Shown piece after piece: positions 19,059-28,381 of a stretch of DNA of 64,000 nt. The position numbers and the translations under genes are program-made. Position 1 is the stretch's first letter, and the number at the start of each line of letters is the position of its first letter. The notes beneath the pieces were generated by a model. That model did not search any database, was not told the DNA's origin, and saw only the letters and a program-made list of their open reading frames with translations. This DNA is from Chlorobiota bacterium (GTDB lineage Bacteria > Bacteroidota > Ignavibacteria > Kapaibacteriales > UBA961): assembly GCA_039810485.1 (NCBI GenBank), contig JBDHXA010000001.1, positions 756 through 64,755 of the forward strand, written 5' to 3'.

Positions 19059-20909
19059 GTGGCAACCGAAGAATTATATAAATTGTTATTCGAAGCAGAA
19101 GCAATTTTTAACCAATTTGGATATAATAAGTTTCATGAGATCGTAGAGAAATTGATAAAACAGATTGATGAAGCCATTCCAAACTCGGACATTGCGATAT
19201 TGCGAATCGAAACAAATCTATTGTTGTCGCGTGTTGCATGGAAGCAAGGATTCTTTGAAAAAACTATTAAATATGCAAGTATCGCTCTCTCTCTTTCAGA
19301 CGAATTAGAGATATCCTGCAACAAAGAGGAAGTGTATAAAGCAAAATCGTATAATATGATAGGACTTGCTTATTGGAGATTAAATAATTTAGCAAATGCA
19401 ATAAGCAATTATCATAAAGCATTAGGTCTTAGTGAGAAATTAGGCGAAAAGAAAGGAGTGGCAGTAATTACCGGCAATATCGGTGTTATATATTCAAGTA
19501 TTCGTGATTATGCAAGGGCTTTTGAATTTTATTCGCGCGCTCTGTCTGCCCATATTGAGTTAAATAATATGGAAGCTGTTGCAGAAACATATTGCAATTT
19601 GGGAATTGCAAAAAAAGAGTTAAAAGAGTATGATGAAGCGCTCTCCCATTTCCTTAAAGCTAAAGAATTATTCGGGAATTTGAGTAATAAAAGTCAAGTT
19701 TTTCGCATGAATACAAATATTGGAGATATATGCTTGCAAAGAAATAAATTTAACGATGCCGATTCATTGTTTCAAGATTCATTGTCTATTTATGAAGAAT
19801 TAGGTTTGTACAGCGATATTGGATTTGTAAAAAATTTGTTGGGCAGCTTATATTCCAGAAAAGAATTTGCGGGGTATGATCCGGAAATTGCAAAAAAATA
19901 TCTTCTCGAATCTATCGAGGTATTCAAAGATATTGGAAACGAAAGCAAAATATCTGACATCTATTTAATACTAACTGATGTTAGCGCAGACGAGCGCGAT
20001 TGGCGCGCTCAATCCGAATACTTAAAACAGTATCAAGAGCGATTAAAGAGTGAATATGATGATGAGGTAAACAAACAGATATTACGATACACAATGGATT
20101 ACGAACTCTCAGCATTGCAGCGAGAACAAGAAATCCTAAAGGAAAAAAACGCTGAATTGGCAGAACTGAATAATAAACTTTTATTAGCAAATAGACAGCT
20201 TGTAGAGGCAGATGAAGAAAAAAATGATTTTATGGGAATAGCTGCACATGATTTAAAAAATCCTCTTGGCTCTGTAACAATGATAGCAAATATATTGGCA
20301 AATGAATCCGAAACTATCAGCACCGCTGAAATTTATGAATTAGCAACCGATATTCGCACATTATCAAAGAGAATGTTTGAGCTAATTACTAGTTTTCTTG
20401 ATCTCAATAAAGCTGATCTTGGCATAACGCATAATGATGTATTATTGTTTCCAATTTCTGATGTAATAAATCCTATTATAGATCAATATGAACCTTCGGC
20501 GCAATTAAAAGGCATAACTATTACAAGCAGTATATCAGCGATAATGCTATGCAATAGCCCCTCAATTTTAACTCAAATACTTGATAATTTAATTTCTAAT
20601 GCTGTAAAATATACATTGCAAAACACGGAGATAACGATAACAACGGAATTAATTGACGAAGGTCATCTCCGCATTGGAGTTGCGGATCAAGGTCCCGGCT
20701 TAACTGAATCTGACCGTCAGAATATTTTTGGTAAATTTAAGCGGTTGTCGGCACAGCCGACAGGAGGAGAACATTCTAGCGGATTGGGGCTTGCCATTGT
20801 CAAGAAATTAGTGGAAGCAATCGGAGGTTGCATTTATTTCGAAAGCGAGCTTGGCAGAGGAACTGCATTCTATGTGGAATTGCCTAGAAAATTACTAACT
20901 GAATTGTAA
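19059..20909 (+). CDS. soluble TPR-repeat sensor histidine kinase, paralogue 3 of 3 (GTG start)
   Basis: Same architecture, 616 aa, GTG start. Its C-terminal tail (CIYFESELGRGTAFYVELPRKLLTEL) differs from those of copies 1 and 2. Confidence 0.8.
   Translation: MATEELYKLLFEAEAIFNQFGYNKFHEIVEKLIKQIDEAIPNSDIAILRIETNLLLSRVAWKQGFFEKTIKYASIALSLSDELEISCNKEEVYKAKSYNMIGLAYWRLNNLANAISNYHKALGLSEKLGEKKGVAVITGNIGVIYSSIRDYARAFEFYSRALSAHIELNNMEAVAETYCNLGIAKKELKEYDEALSHFLKAKELFGNLSNKSQVFRMNTNIGDICLQRNKFNDADSLFQDSLSIYEELGLYSDIGFVKNLLGSLYSRKEFAGYDPEIAKKYLLESIEVFKDIGNESKISDIYLILTDVSADERDWRAQSEYLKQYQERLKSEYDDEVNKQILRYTMDYELSALQREQEILKEKNAELAELNNKLLLANRQLVEADEEKNDFMGIAAHDLKNPLGSVTMIANILANESETISTAEIYELATDIRTLSKRMFELITSFLDLNKADLGITHNDVLLFPISDVINPIIDQYEPSAQLKGITITSSISAIMLCNSPSILTQILDNLISNAVKYTLQNTEITITTELIDEGHLRIGVADQGPGLTESDRQNIFGKFKRLSAQPTGGEHSSGLGLAIVKKLVEAIGGCIYFESELGRGTAFYVELPRKLLTEL
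19998..20827 (+). repeat. second copy of the 830-bp identical tract
   Basis: See 18021-18850. Confidence 0.85.
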
Positions 20910-21012
20910 ATTTACAGTTAATTACAAAGTATATTACACACAAAATTTAAAGATATAGAAAGAGGAAGTGAAAAAATGATCCTTGCTTTTTTATGAAATG
21001 AATTGTGGTTCT

Positions 21013-21327
21013 CTACCACTTCATAATATTTACTTCGTCTACATATATAGTTCGCTTGTTACGAAACAAAGCCAAGACAATTGCCAAACCCACAGCAGCC
21101 TCTGCAGCCGCGACGGCCATCACAAAGAAAACGAAAATTTGACCTGCGGGATCATTAAAAAATTGTGAGAATGAAACTAATGTTAGGTTGACCGCATTTA
21201 GCATAAGTTCAATGCTCATAAAAATGATAATTGCATTGCGTCGTGTAAGAACGCCAACTGCTCCAATCACGAATAATATCGCTGAAAGAGTCAAGTAATA
21301 TTCAAGTGGCACTGATTGTAAAATCAT
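21013..21327 (-). CDS. nuoK: NADH-quinone oxidoreductase subunit K
   Basis: About 100 aa with 3 TM segments. Conserved membrane Glu residues in SIELMLNAV and [12 protein letters not shown]. Confidence 0.9.
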   Translation of the reverse strand: MILQSVPLEYYLTLSAILFVIGAVGVLTRRNAIIIFMSIELMLNAVNLTLVSFSQFFNDPAGQIFVFFVMAVAAAEAAVGLAIVLALFRNKRTIYVDEVNIMKW

Positions 21328-21355
21328 GATGTTCTCTACAATATAGCGTTGTTAA

Positions 21356-21868
21356 TTAGTTTTTAACTTGTCTCTTTGCAAGAATGACTGCGCCCATTAC
21401 AGCAATGAGCAATAAAAGTGAAATGGCTTCAAATGGAAACAGATAATGCTCAAAAAGTGCTGTTCCCAGAGCTTCTGTAGTTCCATTAGTGGCAGCATTT
21501 TGAGGCAAAAAATTCTTTCTTGCCAAATCAGTAAAAGCATATTTGCCAAGCTGAAACGCAAGAATAATTGATAAGCCAATTGAAATGCCGATGCGAAAGC
21601 TTGACTTTTCTCGCATTTGCTCTTCGCGTCCTATGTTTAGCAGCATGATTACAAACACTACCAATACCATTATTGCGCCGGCATAAACTAATACTTGAAC
21701 TACGGCAATGAATTGTGCTTGCAGAGTTAGATAAATTCCGGCTAATGAGAAAAAATGCATAATCAATGAAACTGCCGACGCAACTGGATTGCGGCTCATT
21801 ATTGTAGATATGCCAGTGCCGACAGCCAATGCTGCCAATAATCCGAAAAGTATAACGCTTAAGCTCAC
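21356..21868 (-). CDS. nuoJ: NADH-quinone oxidoreductase subunit J
   Basis: 170 aa. NuoJ-like TM pattern (NPV.SA..L...F...A..Y..L.A.F.A..Q.LVYAGAIMVL) immediately upstream of nuoK. Confidence 0.85.
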   Translation of the reverse strand: MSLSVILFGLLAALAVGTGISTIMSRNPVASAVSLIMHFFSLAGIYLTLQAQFIAVVQVLVYAGAIMVLVVFVIMLLNIGREEQMREKSSFRIGISIGLSIILAFQLGKYAFTDLARKNFLPQNAATNGTTEALGTALFEHYLFPFEAISLLLLIAVMGAVILAKRQVKN

Positions 21869-21992
21869 GTTTATAATCCTTTTTGAAATTCTACGTTTTT
21901 GACTTTATAGTCGAAAGTATGAATGCCGCCGGCAAAAATAATAATTTTTTGCCAACTGTCTTTGCTAAAACAGCAAAACAATGACAAACGCT

Positions 21993-22913
21993 TCACGTTG
22001 AGCTGCTGATTGGATTCAATAATTTGTCCTCCTCAAAACGACGGCGAAATTCAGCAGCAGAAATGTATGGATCGGACTTAGTATACAGCAATACAAATAG
22101 CGTTGAGATCAACAGAAGAATAGTAGTGAGTAATCCTTCTTCTACACCGAATCCTCCGCCAAGCCATAATGAATGCTCGTCCGAAATTGTAGTTGTTAAA
22201 ATTGAAGCCGGAAATATATTGCCGCTTACAGGCAAGCCGAATACAACGCCGAGCAGCCAATTCCATCCAAAATGAAAAGCAAAAGGCATCCATAAAGCGC
22301 GGCTTGCAATCCGCATTGCCGTCAGCAGTATTCCTGCCAGCGCTACATTGATTATTCCTAATAATGAAACACTGGGATTCAAAATATGTGCTGCTGCAAA
22401 TAATAAGCTGATGACAATAGCAGTCTTTACTTCGCCAAATTTTTCAGAAAATGGCTCATAAAGCAAACCGCGAAAAATAAGCTCTTCAATAAGAGCGGCA
22501 CAAAAAATAAAAGTTGTTTGCAGCATCAATCTTTCTGGTTGAAAACCGGCAAAAGTTGCATGAGTGCCAGAAAGCAAAAACAAGCTGAAAAGTAAGGCAA
22601 CCAATACAAGTGATATGCCGAATCCTGAAATTGCGTGAATGAAAGCAAACCGCGTGGGAGCAAAGCCAAAAGTCATAATTGCTTTGCCGCTGCGAATTGC
22701 ATTCATAAAAAATTGTCCAGCTAAAAGAAAGAAAGCCAGCAGACAGTTCAAGATGGCATTTACATGCAAATCGTCCCTACCTGGAGCTTGGAAAATATTA
22801 TCTGGGAGAACAAAGACAGCCCCTATGGCAAGCAACACGGCAATTATGGATACACCAACAGCCATTGCAAGACGAAAATGCCATCGAGCAAAAATAATAT
22901 TTATGCGGTTCAT
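21993..22913 (-). CDS. CPBP (CAAX/Abi) family intramembrane glutamic endopeptidase
   Basis: Polytopic protein with EELIFRGLL, FAAAHILN and HFGWN motifs. Confidence 0.8.
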   Translation of the reverse strand: MNRINIIFARWHFRLAMAVGVSIIAVLLAIGAVFVLPDNIFQAPGRDDLHVNAILNCLLAFFLLAGQFFMNAIRSGKAIMTFGFAPTRFAFIHAISGFGISLVLVALLFSLFLLSGTHATFAGFQPERLMLQTTFIFCAALIEELIFRGLLYEPFSEKFGEVKTAIVISLLFAAAHILNPSVSLLGIINVALAGILLTAMRIASRALWMPFAFHFGWNWLLGVVFGLPVSGNIFPASILTTTISDEHSLWLGGGFGVEEGLLTTILLLISTLFVLLYTKSDPYISAAEFRRRFEEDKLLNPISSST

Positions 22914-23125
22914 TATGAATCGGATTGCGCTAATTCGGCTTTAACTTTTAGGGCTTCGATATGGGAAAGAATATGCGATTTCATAGCTTCTTCAACCTCA
23001 ACATGTGCTTCGCCTTTTATCATGTGCAATAGCTGCGGGCAATAAGAAGCGTAGTTAGCACCAGAATCATATCGGCGAATGAGTATTTCATAATCATCAG
23101 GATTTATACTTTCCATTGCTTTCAT
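22913..23125 (-). CDS. small HicB/UPF0150-like protein
   Basis: YEILIRRYDSGANYASYCPQLLHMIKGEAHVEVEEAMKSHILSHIEAL follows the HicB N-domain pattern (Y.v.i...dg.y.a.cP.l....G.t.eEA......ai). Its TAA stop overlaps the CPBP ATG by 1 nt (TAATG). Confidence 0.45.
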   Translation of the reverse strand: MKAMESINPDDYEILIRRYDSGANYASYCPQLLHMIKGEAHVEVEEAMKSHILSHIEALKVKAELAQSDS

Positions 23126-23178
23126 AATGAACCTTTGAGAAAAACGTCGTAGAATAAGTATTGCTATAAATAAGAATA

Positions 23179-23208
23179 TTGCAAATTTACGGTAAAACAG
23201 TAAATTTG
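23179..23208 (+). promoter_or_regulatory. candidate promoter TTG-N19-TAAATTTG for the CpcT-like gene
   Basis: Exact TAnnTTTG at 23201-23208, 32 nt before ATG 23240. TTG at 23179-23181 with a 19-nt spacer. Confidence 0.5.
23182..23189 (-). promoter_or_regulatory. candidate divergent -7 box TAAATTTG for the HicB-like/CPBP operon
   Basis: The reverse complement of caaattta matches TAnnTTTG, 57 nt upstream of ATG 23125. Confidence 0.4.
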
Positions 23209-23239
23209 CTTTTAGAATAGAGAATATACATAATCGATT

Positions 23240-23872
23240 ATGGTCTTTCAGCGAATTAGCATATCTTTCGTCTTTGTATGTGTTGCAGCAATACCGGTAT
23301 TATCGCAGCATGGCGTAACGCATGGCACAGAAAAGTTAGCTACATTATTGCAGGGCATGTACAGCAATGAAGCGCAATCTCGCGTTGACACATCATATTT
23401 TGATGTCCGTCTGCGAATTGTTCGAATATGGCGCGCACGCACAGATGCAGTATGGCTTTACGCTGAGCAGTCGTTGGCAAGCATGCAAAGCAAACCATAT
23501 AGTCAGAGAATATATTGTATTCAACAAAAAAATGACAGTGCCTTTGAAAGTAAAATATTGACATTGCGATATCCTCTGCGGTTCGCGGGGGAGTGGAGAC
23601 GCGAAAATTTGTTGAAAAATCAAACGCCGGATTCTTTAACAGAACGAACCGGCTGCGAATTATTATTCTATCGCAGGAATGACGGAATTTACGTCGGTGC
23701 TACAATCGGCTCCGGATGCCAAACTTATTTGCGCGGCTCAGCTTATACTACAAGCGGAATAACTGTTTTTCCCGAAAAATTGATAGTTTGGGAAAGAGGA
23801 TTTGATTCTTCAGGCAAACAAACTTGGGGCGCTATAAAGGGCGGCTATGAATTTATAAAGATGAAAGAATAA
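23240..23872 (+). CDS. secreted CpcT/CpeT-like (DUF1001, lipocalin-fold) protein
   Basis: Signal peptide, then LLQGMYSNEAQS...YFDVRLRIVRIW......WLYAEQ......KPYSQRIYCI, which resembles the CpcT/CpeT family core. Confidence 0.5.
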   Translation: MVFQRISISFVFVCVAAIPVLSQHGVTHGTEKLATLLQGMYSNEAQSRVDTSYFDVRLRIVRIWRARTDAVWLYAEQSLASMQSKPYSQRIYCIQQKNDSAFESKILTLRYPLRFAGEWRRENLLKNQTPDSLTERTGCELLFYRRNDGIYVGATIGSGCQTYLRGSAYTTSGITVFPEKLIVWERGFDSSGKQTWGAIKGGYEFIKMKE

Positions 23873-23907
23873 TCTAATATAATTTTCTTTAATTGACAGA
23901 CAGTTCT

Positions 23908-24858
23908 ATGATGAAGAATTCAATTAAGTTACTATATTGTCTTGCCGGAGCTGCGTTTATTATGACGCTGCATAGTTGTAATGAAAGGGCTAAAGATCCG
24001 GAGAAAACAATTGCATCTTCAGAAAATACTAATGATGTTAGCGATTTACTTGCGCTTGTAAATGAAAAAGACAGCACGAGTGTGGCGGTAATGCAATCAA
24101 CAGCCGCTATAAATCAAGTGTATGATAGGCTGCTTTTTCTAAGCTCGAAACGTTCAACATCAAAATCAACAGTCCGAGAAACTGGTTCCATGTTGAAAAT
24201 GTTGGACTCTTTGAATAATATTGTAAAAACAGGCAAAGAACGGCTGTCAAATATTGATGCTCGTCTTATGTCTTTGCAAAATAAAAATACTCTTGTGACG
24301 CAAGTACTGCCAAAGGTAAAGCAAAATATCGCTGAGATTAACAATAACGTCGAAATTCAAGAAAATGGCATAATCAGCTTAAAAGAGAGAGTTGGAAATT
24401 TTAAAAAAATTACAGAAAGACGTTTGGTTGAAATAGCTCGGCAACGCGCTGAGCAAGCAAAGGTAGCTAATAATGCAGATGATCAAAGTGTCTATTATAT
24501 TATTGGAACCGAAAAAGAGCTACTCGGCAAGAAAATAGTGCAGGAATCTGGAGGGACAAATCTTGGAATTTTTGGCAAACTTGGCGTTACCTTAACGCCA
24601 TCAAAAGAGCTTCATCAAAGCGAATTTCACAAATTCTATCCACAAAAAGACAACAAAATTCTGTTGGATTCGCTGACTGCCAAAGCCGGAAAAGACAATA
24701 AGCCCAAACATTTCAAAGTAGTGTCTGCACATAATGAAAAATATATTGAGCCGGTAACTGATTCGACAAAAACAATTCGCTCATTCAAAATCAGCAACGA
24801 AAGTAAATTCTGGAAACCATCGCCTTATCTTATCATAGTTGTTGATGAAAACGAGTAA
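23908..24858 (+). CDS. hypothetical coiled-coil lipoprotein
   Basis: ATG at 23908. Lipobox-like LHSC follows a hydrophobic segment. Central coiled-coil region. No family recognised. Confidence 0.5.
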   Translation: MMKNSIKLLYCLAGAAFIMTLHSCNERAKDPEKTIASSENTNDVSDLLALVNEKDSTSVAVMQSTAAINQVYDRLLFLSSKRSTSKSTVRETGSMLKMLDSLNNIVKTGKERLSNIDARLMSLQNKNTLVTQVLPKVKQNIAEINNNVEIQENGIISLKERVGNFKKITERRLVEIARQRAEQAKVANNADDQSVYYIIGTEKELLGKKIVQESGGTNLGIFGKLGVTLTPSKELHQSEFHKFYPQKDNKILLDSLTAKAGKDNKPKHFKVVSAHNEKYIEPVTDSTKTIRSFKISNESKFWKPSPYLIIVVDENE

Positions 24859-24938
24859 AAATCGAATTTAAATATTGACTGTATACTTAGTTTATTATCT
24901 GACAAATATAAATTATTGTTTTAATCGCAAAGTGAGTA

Positions 24939-26891
24939 CTATCGCTGTAAAATTACCGGTGTAGAGTATTTTTCATTTCGTGATTCCATTCGGACAAAAT
25001 ATGTTCCATTCTGTAAATTTGGAAGAGGTATGGCAATTGTATTTTCACCAGCTTCCGTTTCATAGCGATCAGTAAATACAGTTTTACCGTCCGGTGCTAT
25101 AATGCTAATTGTTGCCTCTGGCGAATTTGTGGAAAAAGCGACTGTAATTGAATTAGAAAATGGATTCGGCATTATTTTTAGCTGACTTTGTTTTCCGATT
25201 GTAGGTTGCTCTGCAACATTTGTAATGCGAGTAACTTGCAATAATGTTCGTACCGAAGGACCTTCGTTGATAATAATAGTGGTATAGTCGGGGAGAGAAT
25301 CGAGTGTAAAGGTTTGCTGAATTTCAGAAAGAGTAATTAATTTATAGAAAAACTCTCCATTGCTTTTCTGTTTAAATCCAATCTCAATCGGTACATTGTT
25401 GTATATTCCATAAGAGGACGGCTGTATTTGAGTCAGACGTAATTGCAAGCGGCGCATTGAATTGCCAAGCGTTGTGCTTGAAGTGTCAAGCGTCAGCATA
25501 GGCCAGCCGGGCATTTCTATCCACTGATGAAAAAACCATCTCAAATCTCTGCCAGAAATTTGTTCTAAAACTAACCGAAGATCTTCCGTAGTTGCAACTG
25601 AATATTTATGTCTTGTGAGATACTCTCGCAAACCTGCAAAAAATACGCTGTCGCCTAATTCATAACGCAACATTCCAACAACTACTGCGCCCTTTTGATA
25701 AATAGTTTCGGGATAATTTGAGGAAGGCGATTTTCTTGGAAAATCATAAAGAGGAATGACGCCCTCCGATTTAGACACTGTATTGAGATAGCGAGTCAAT
25801 TTTGATGTTTGTTCTTTTAGATATCCGCCAGGTGCTCCAGCACATTCTGCCCAAAGAGATTCGCAAAAAGTTGCAAAGCTTTCTGTCAGCCACGCATGAC
25901 GGAAGTCCAAAGGTGTGGTTAAATCGCCAAACCACTGATGCGCCAGCTCATGTGCTGCTACGGAATTCATTGTATTTTTAGATTGCGATAGTGAAGTGTT
26001 AAATGAAATCATGGTTTGGTGTTCCATAGCTCCTGTGGGAGTATTAACGTATCCTACTTTTTCAAATGGATATGGTAAAAAATGCTTTTCGAAGCACGAA
26101 ATCATCTCGGGAAGCCGTGAAAATGATATGCGGGTAGCCAAACTGTCTGCCGATTTTGAATAGACAACTGTCGGAATTTTCTCTGCTATTTCGATTGGTT
26201 TATATGTGTCAACTGCAAAGGTCAGCAAATATGTTGCGCATGGCAGCGCATGATCCCATTCGCATACGGAAGTGTCGCCTTCTATATACTTCTGCAATAC
26301 TCCGTTGGATGCGGCAAAATATCCGTTAGGAACTAGAAACTTCGCGTGAAAAGTTGCTTTATCCGATGGATGATCGTAGCAAGGCAGCCAGTGTTGGGTG
26401 GTTGAAATATAAGGAGCTGTGAATCCTACACCCATCGCATAGAGCGTGCCGGTGCGCGAGAGAACTTCTCCCCAAGCAGAATATCCGCCGGGTTCTGTTG
26501 TCATTGTGCCGCCATAGTAAATGATTAATTGCGAAGTGTCGCCAATTTTATGTTGAAACGGCGGTTTTACTTCATAATGCGTTGTTATATCCAAAGGATC
26601 AACTATAAGCTGTGGCGCAACTGCAATATCATCAAATTTTGCGGAGTCAATAGTCAATCCCCTTAGATGAAAACGATAAACAATATCATTGCTGTCAAGC
26701 CACCTAATTACAGCCGTGCATTTGCCATGCATAATAGGAAGCGGCGCTTTGGTAAAATCAAGAATAGCATCATAGTGAAGAACGTCAAATTTCTGCTGAT
26801 GAAATTCTATAGGTGATGCAATTGGGCCGTTATCAGCGAGACAAATTGCAGCCACAAGCCAAATGCAGCAAACAGCATAAAGTGTTCTCAT
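24939..26891 (-). CDS. M1 family zinc aminopeptidase with T9SS C-terminal sorting domain
   Basis: HELAHQWFGD zinc motif plus downstream WLTESFATF. Signal peptide. C-terminal IMPNPFSNSITVAFS...GTYFVRM tail. Confidence 0.85.
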   Translation of the reverse strand: MRTLYAVCCIWLVAAICLADNGPIASPIEFHQQKFDVLHYDAILDFTKAPLPIMHGKCTAVIRWLDSNDIVYRFHLRGLTIDSAKFDDIAVAPQLIVDPLDITTHYEVKPPFQHKIGDTSQLIIYYGGTMTTEPGGYSAWGEVLSRTGTLYAMGVGFTAPYISTTQHWLPCYDHPSDKATFHAKFLVPNGYFAASNGVLQKYIEGDTSVCEWDHALPCATYLLTFAVDTYKPIEIAEKIPTVVYSKSADSLATRISFSRLPEMISCFEKHFLPYPFEKVGYVNTPTGAMEHQTMISFNTSLSQSKNTMNSVAAHELAHQWFGDLTTPLDFRHAWLTESFATFCESLWAECAGAPGGYLKEQTSKLTRYLNTVSKSEGVIPLYDFPRKSPSSNYPETIYQKGAVVVGMLRYELGDSVFFAGLREYLTRHKYSVATTEDLRLVLEQISGRDLRWFFHQWIEMPGWPMLTLDTSSTTLGNSMRRLQLRLTQIQPSSYGIYNNVPIEIGFKQKSNGEFFYKLITLSEIQQTFTLDSLPDYTTIIINEGPSVRTLLQVTRITNVAEQPTIGKQSQLKIMPNPFSNSITVAFSTNSPEATISIIAPDGKTVFTDRYETEAGENTIAIPLPNLQNGTYFVRMESRNEKYSTPVILQR

Positions 26892-27017
26892 AAATGATAG
26901 TGTTGTAATGTGATTTATAATAGAGAGTTAGTTGTGATGATATCGCTAAGAGACAAAATAGTTTTGCAATAGGTGATTTTCTGCAAAAACTTTGTCGATT
27001 ATAAAAAAAATGTGTTA

Positions 27018-28370
27018 CTATTGCCCAATTGTTTTCTTTTTAGGGCGATTAGCCAGCCAAATAAAATTCGGAAGATAAAAATCCGAAGATTTTCCATGTA
27101 CAAATTGTTCTGGAAAATACTCGCCATGCACTCCGCTTAACCACCGTATTGTTTCAGGTCTGCCATTGAGAGATTCAATGAGAATACTGTCTGATAAATT
27201 CCGCGCCGCTCCATCTGGCTCGCCGTCAGAAAGCATAAAATACAAGCTCTTAGTATCGCCGCGAGCAAAGATTTTTTTTAAAGTGTCATTTTCTATATAA
27301 ATGCGTATATACGAGCCAACAAGCTGCTGAATACGATCAGAGTGCGTTGTGTCGTCGCGAGTTGCGCTAAAAGCATTTCCTGCGGCCTCTATTAATCGCA
27401 ATTTTTTATTTGGCAAATATACTGTTAGCGAATCTGCGCGAATTTGCGTGGAGTCGTACCAAATTGCCGGCTTAGTTCCGCGAAGTCGAAGAATATCTTT
27501 ATCCTTTTCATAAATAATAGTATCGGCGCGAGCCGCCAAAGCCGACCGCATAATTTCAGTTGTTCCAGAAGCTATGTATTCTTCGCCGTTTTGACGAAAC
27601 GCTTCCATCTGACGAGCAGAGATCGTAAGAGTGTCGAATCGGAGAGATGCTCGAGCCGAATCAATAGGAATTTGGCTCTGTTCAGCGGTTGGCAGAGCGA
27701 CTGAATCAGTTGTTGAGGAAACTGTGTCGATTTGCCGAAGAATCGCGTTGCCCACAATACGCGAGTAGCGAATGGAGGGAATATTCCAAGCGGAATCGCC
27801 GGCTATTACGGTATTTGTATGCTTTCCGCGAACGATTACATGCCCGATTGCAGTGCTGTTTTTTGTCCTACGGCTGTACTCAATACTGTCAGCGGCAATT
27901 CGTACCGAATCGTCGAGTATATGCACATTTCCGGTAAAATTAGCAACGGCAAATGCAGTTGAATATCTCCCAGAATCAGCATCTAGAATAGTTTCTCGGT
28001 CTGTTATTTTTACGCCGTTATAGCCCCATGCAATTCGCTGATTGCCATCATAATCGGCGCGAGGAGCGGTAAGCGTAATAGTGCCTTGTATAATTTTAAC
28101 GGCGCCGATTAGTTCAACTTTGTTCAAGTCAAGATATTGAATTGCACGATTACAATAGACAATAACATCGCCCTGCGTTAAATTTACTCGTCCATTCAGT
28201 TCGCGCACAGTCCCGTTCATATCAGCGCGACCAATCAAAGAGTCGGCATATTTCAGGTAAATTGGCTCGTTACCGGCTGATTGTGCGGCTGTATCTATTG
28301 CCGTGATACAGAAAAGCAAGAATAGAAAACATCTTGCGAGCAATGGTATTATTACGGCTTTCTGATTCAC
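27018..28370 (-). CDS. OstA/LptA-like repeat protein (GTG start)
   Basis: Signal peptide and repeated AD(S/Y)..Y...-..G.V.I beta-jellyroll-like segments, as in OstA-like proteins. Weak call. Confidence 0.45.
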   Translation of the reverse strand: MNQKAVIIPLLARCFLFLLFCITAIDTAAQSAGNEPIYLKYADSLIGRADMNGTVRELNGRVNLTQGDVIVYCNRAIQYLDLNKVELIGAVKIIQGTITLTAPRADYDGNQRIAWGYNGVKITDRETILDADSGRYSTAFAVANFTGNVHILDDSVRIAADSIEYSRRTKNSTAIGHVIVRGKHTNTVIAGDSAWNIPSIRYSRIVGNAILRQIDTVSSTTDSVALPTAEQSQIPIDSARASLRFDTLTISARQMEAFRQNGEEYIASGTTEIMRSALAARADTIIYEKDKDILRLRGTKPAIWYDSTQIRADSLTVYLPNKKLRLIEAAGNAFSATRDDTTHSDRIQQLVGSYIRIYIENDTLKKIFARGDTKSLYFMLSDGEPDGAARNLSDSILIESLNGRPETIRWLSGVHGEYFPEQFVHGKSSDFYLPNFIWLANRPKKKTIGQ

Positions 28371-28381
28371 TTAACGCCTTG

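Noticed and set aside
20983-21168. 61-aa + strand ORF overlapping nuoK
   Set aside because: It is antisense to an intact, conserved nuoK and has no features.
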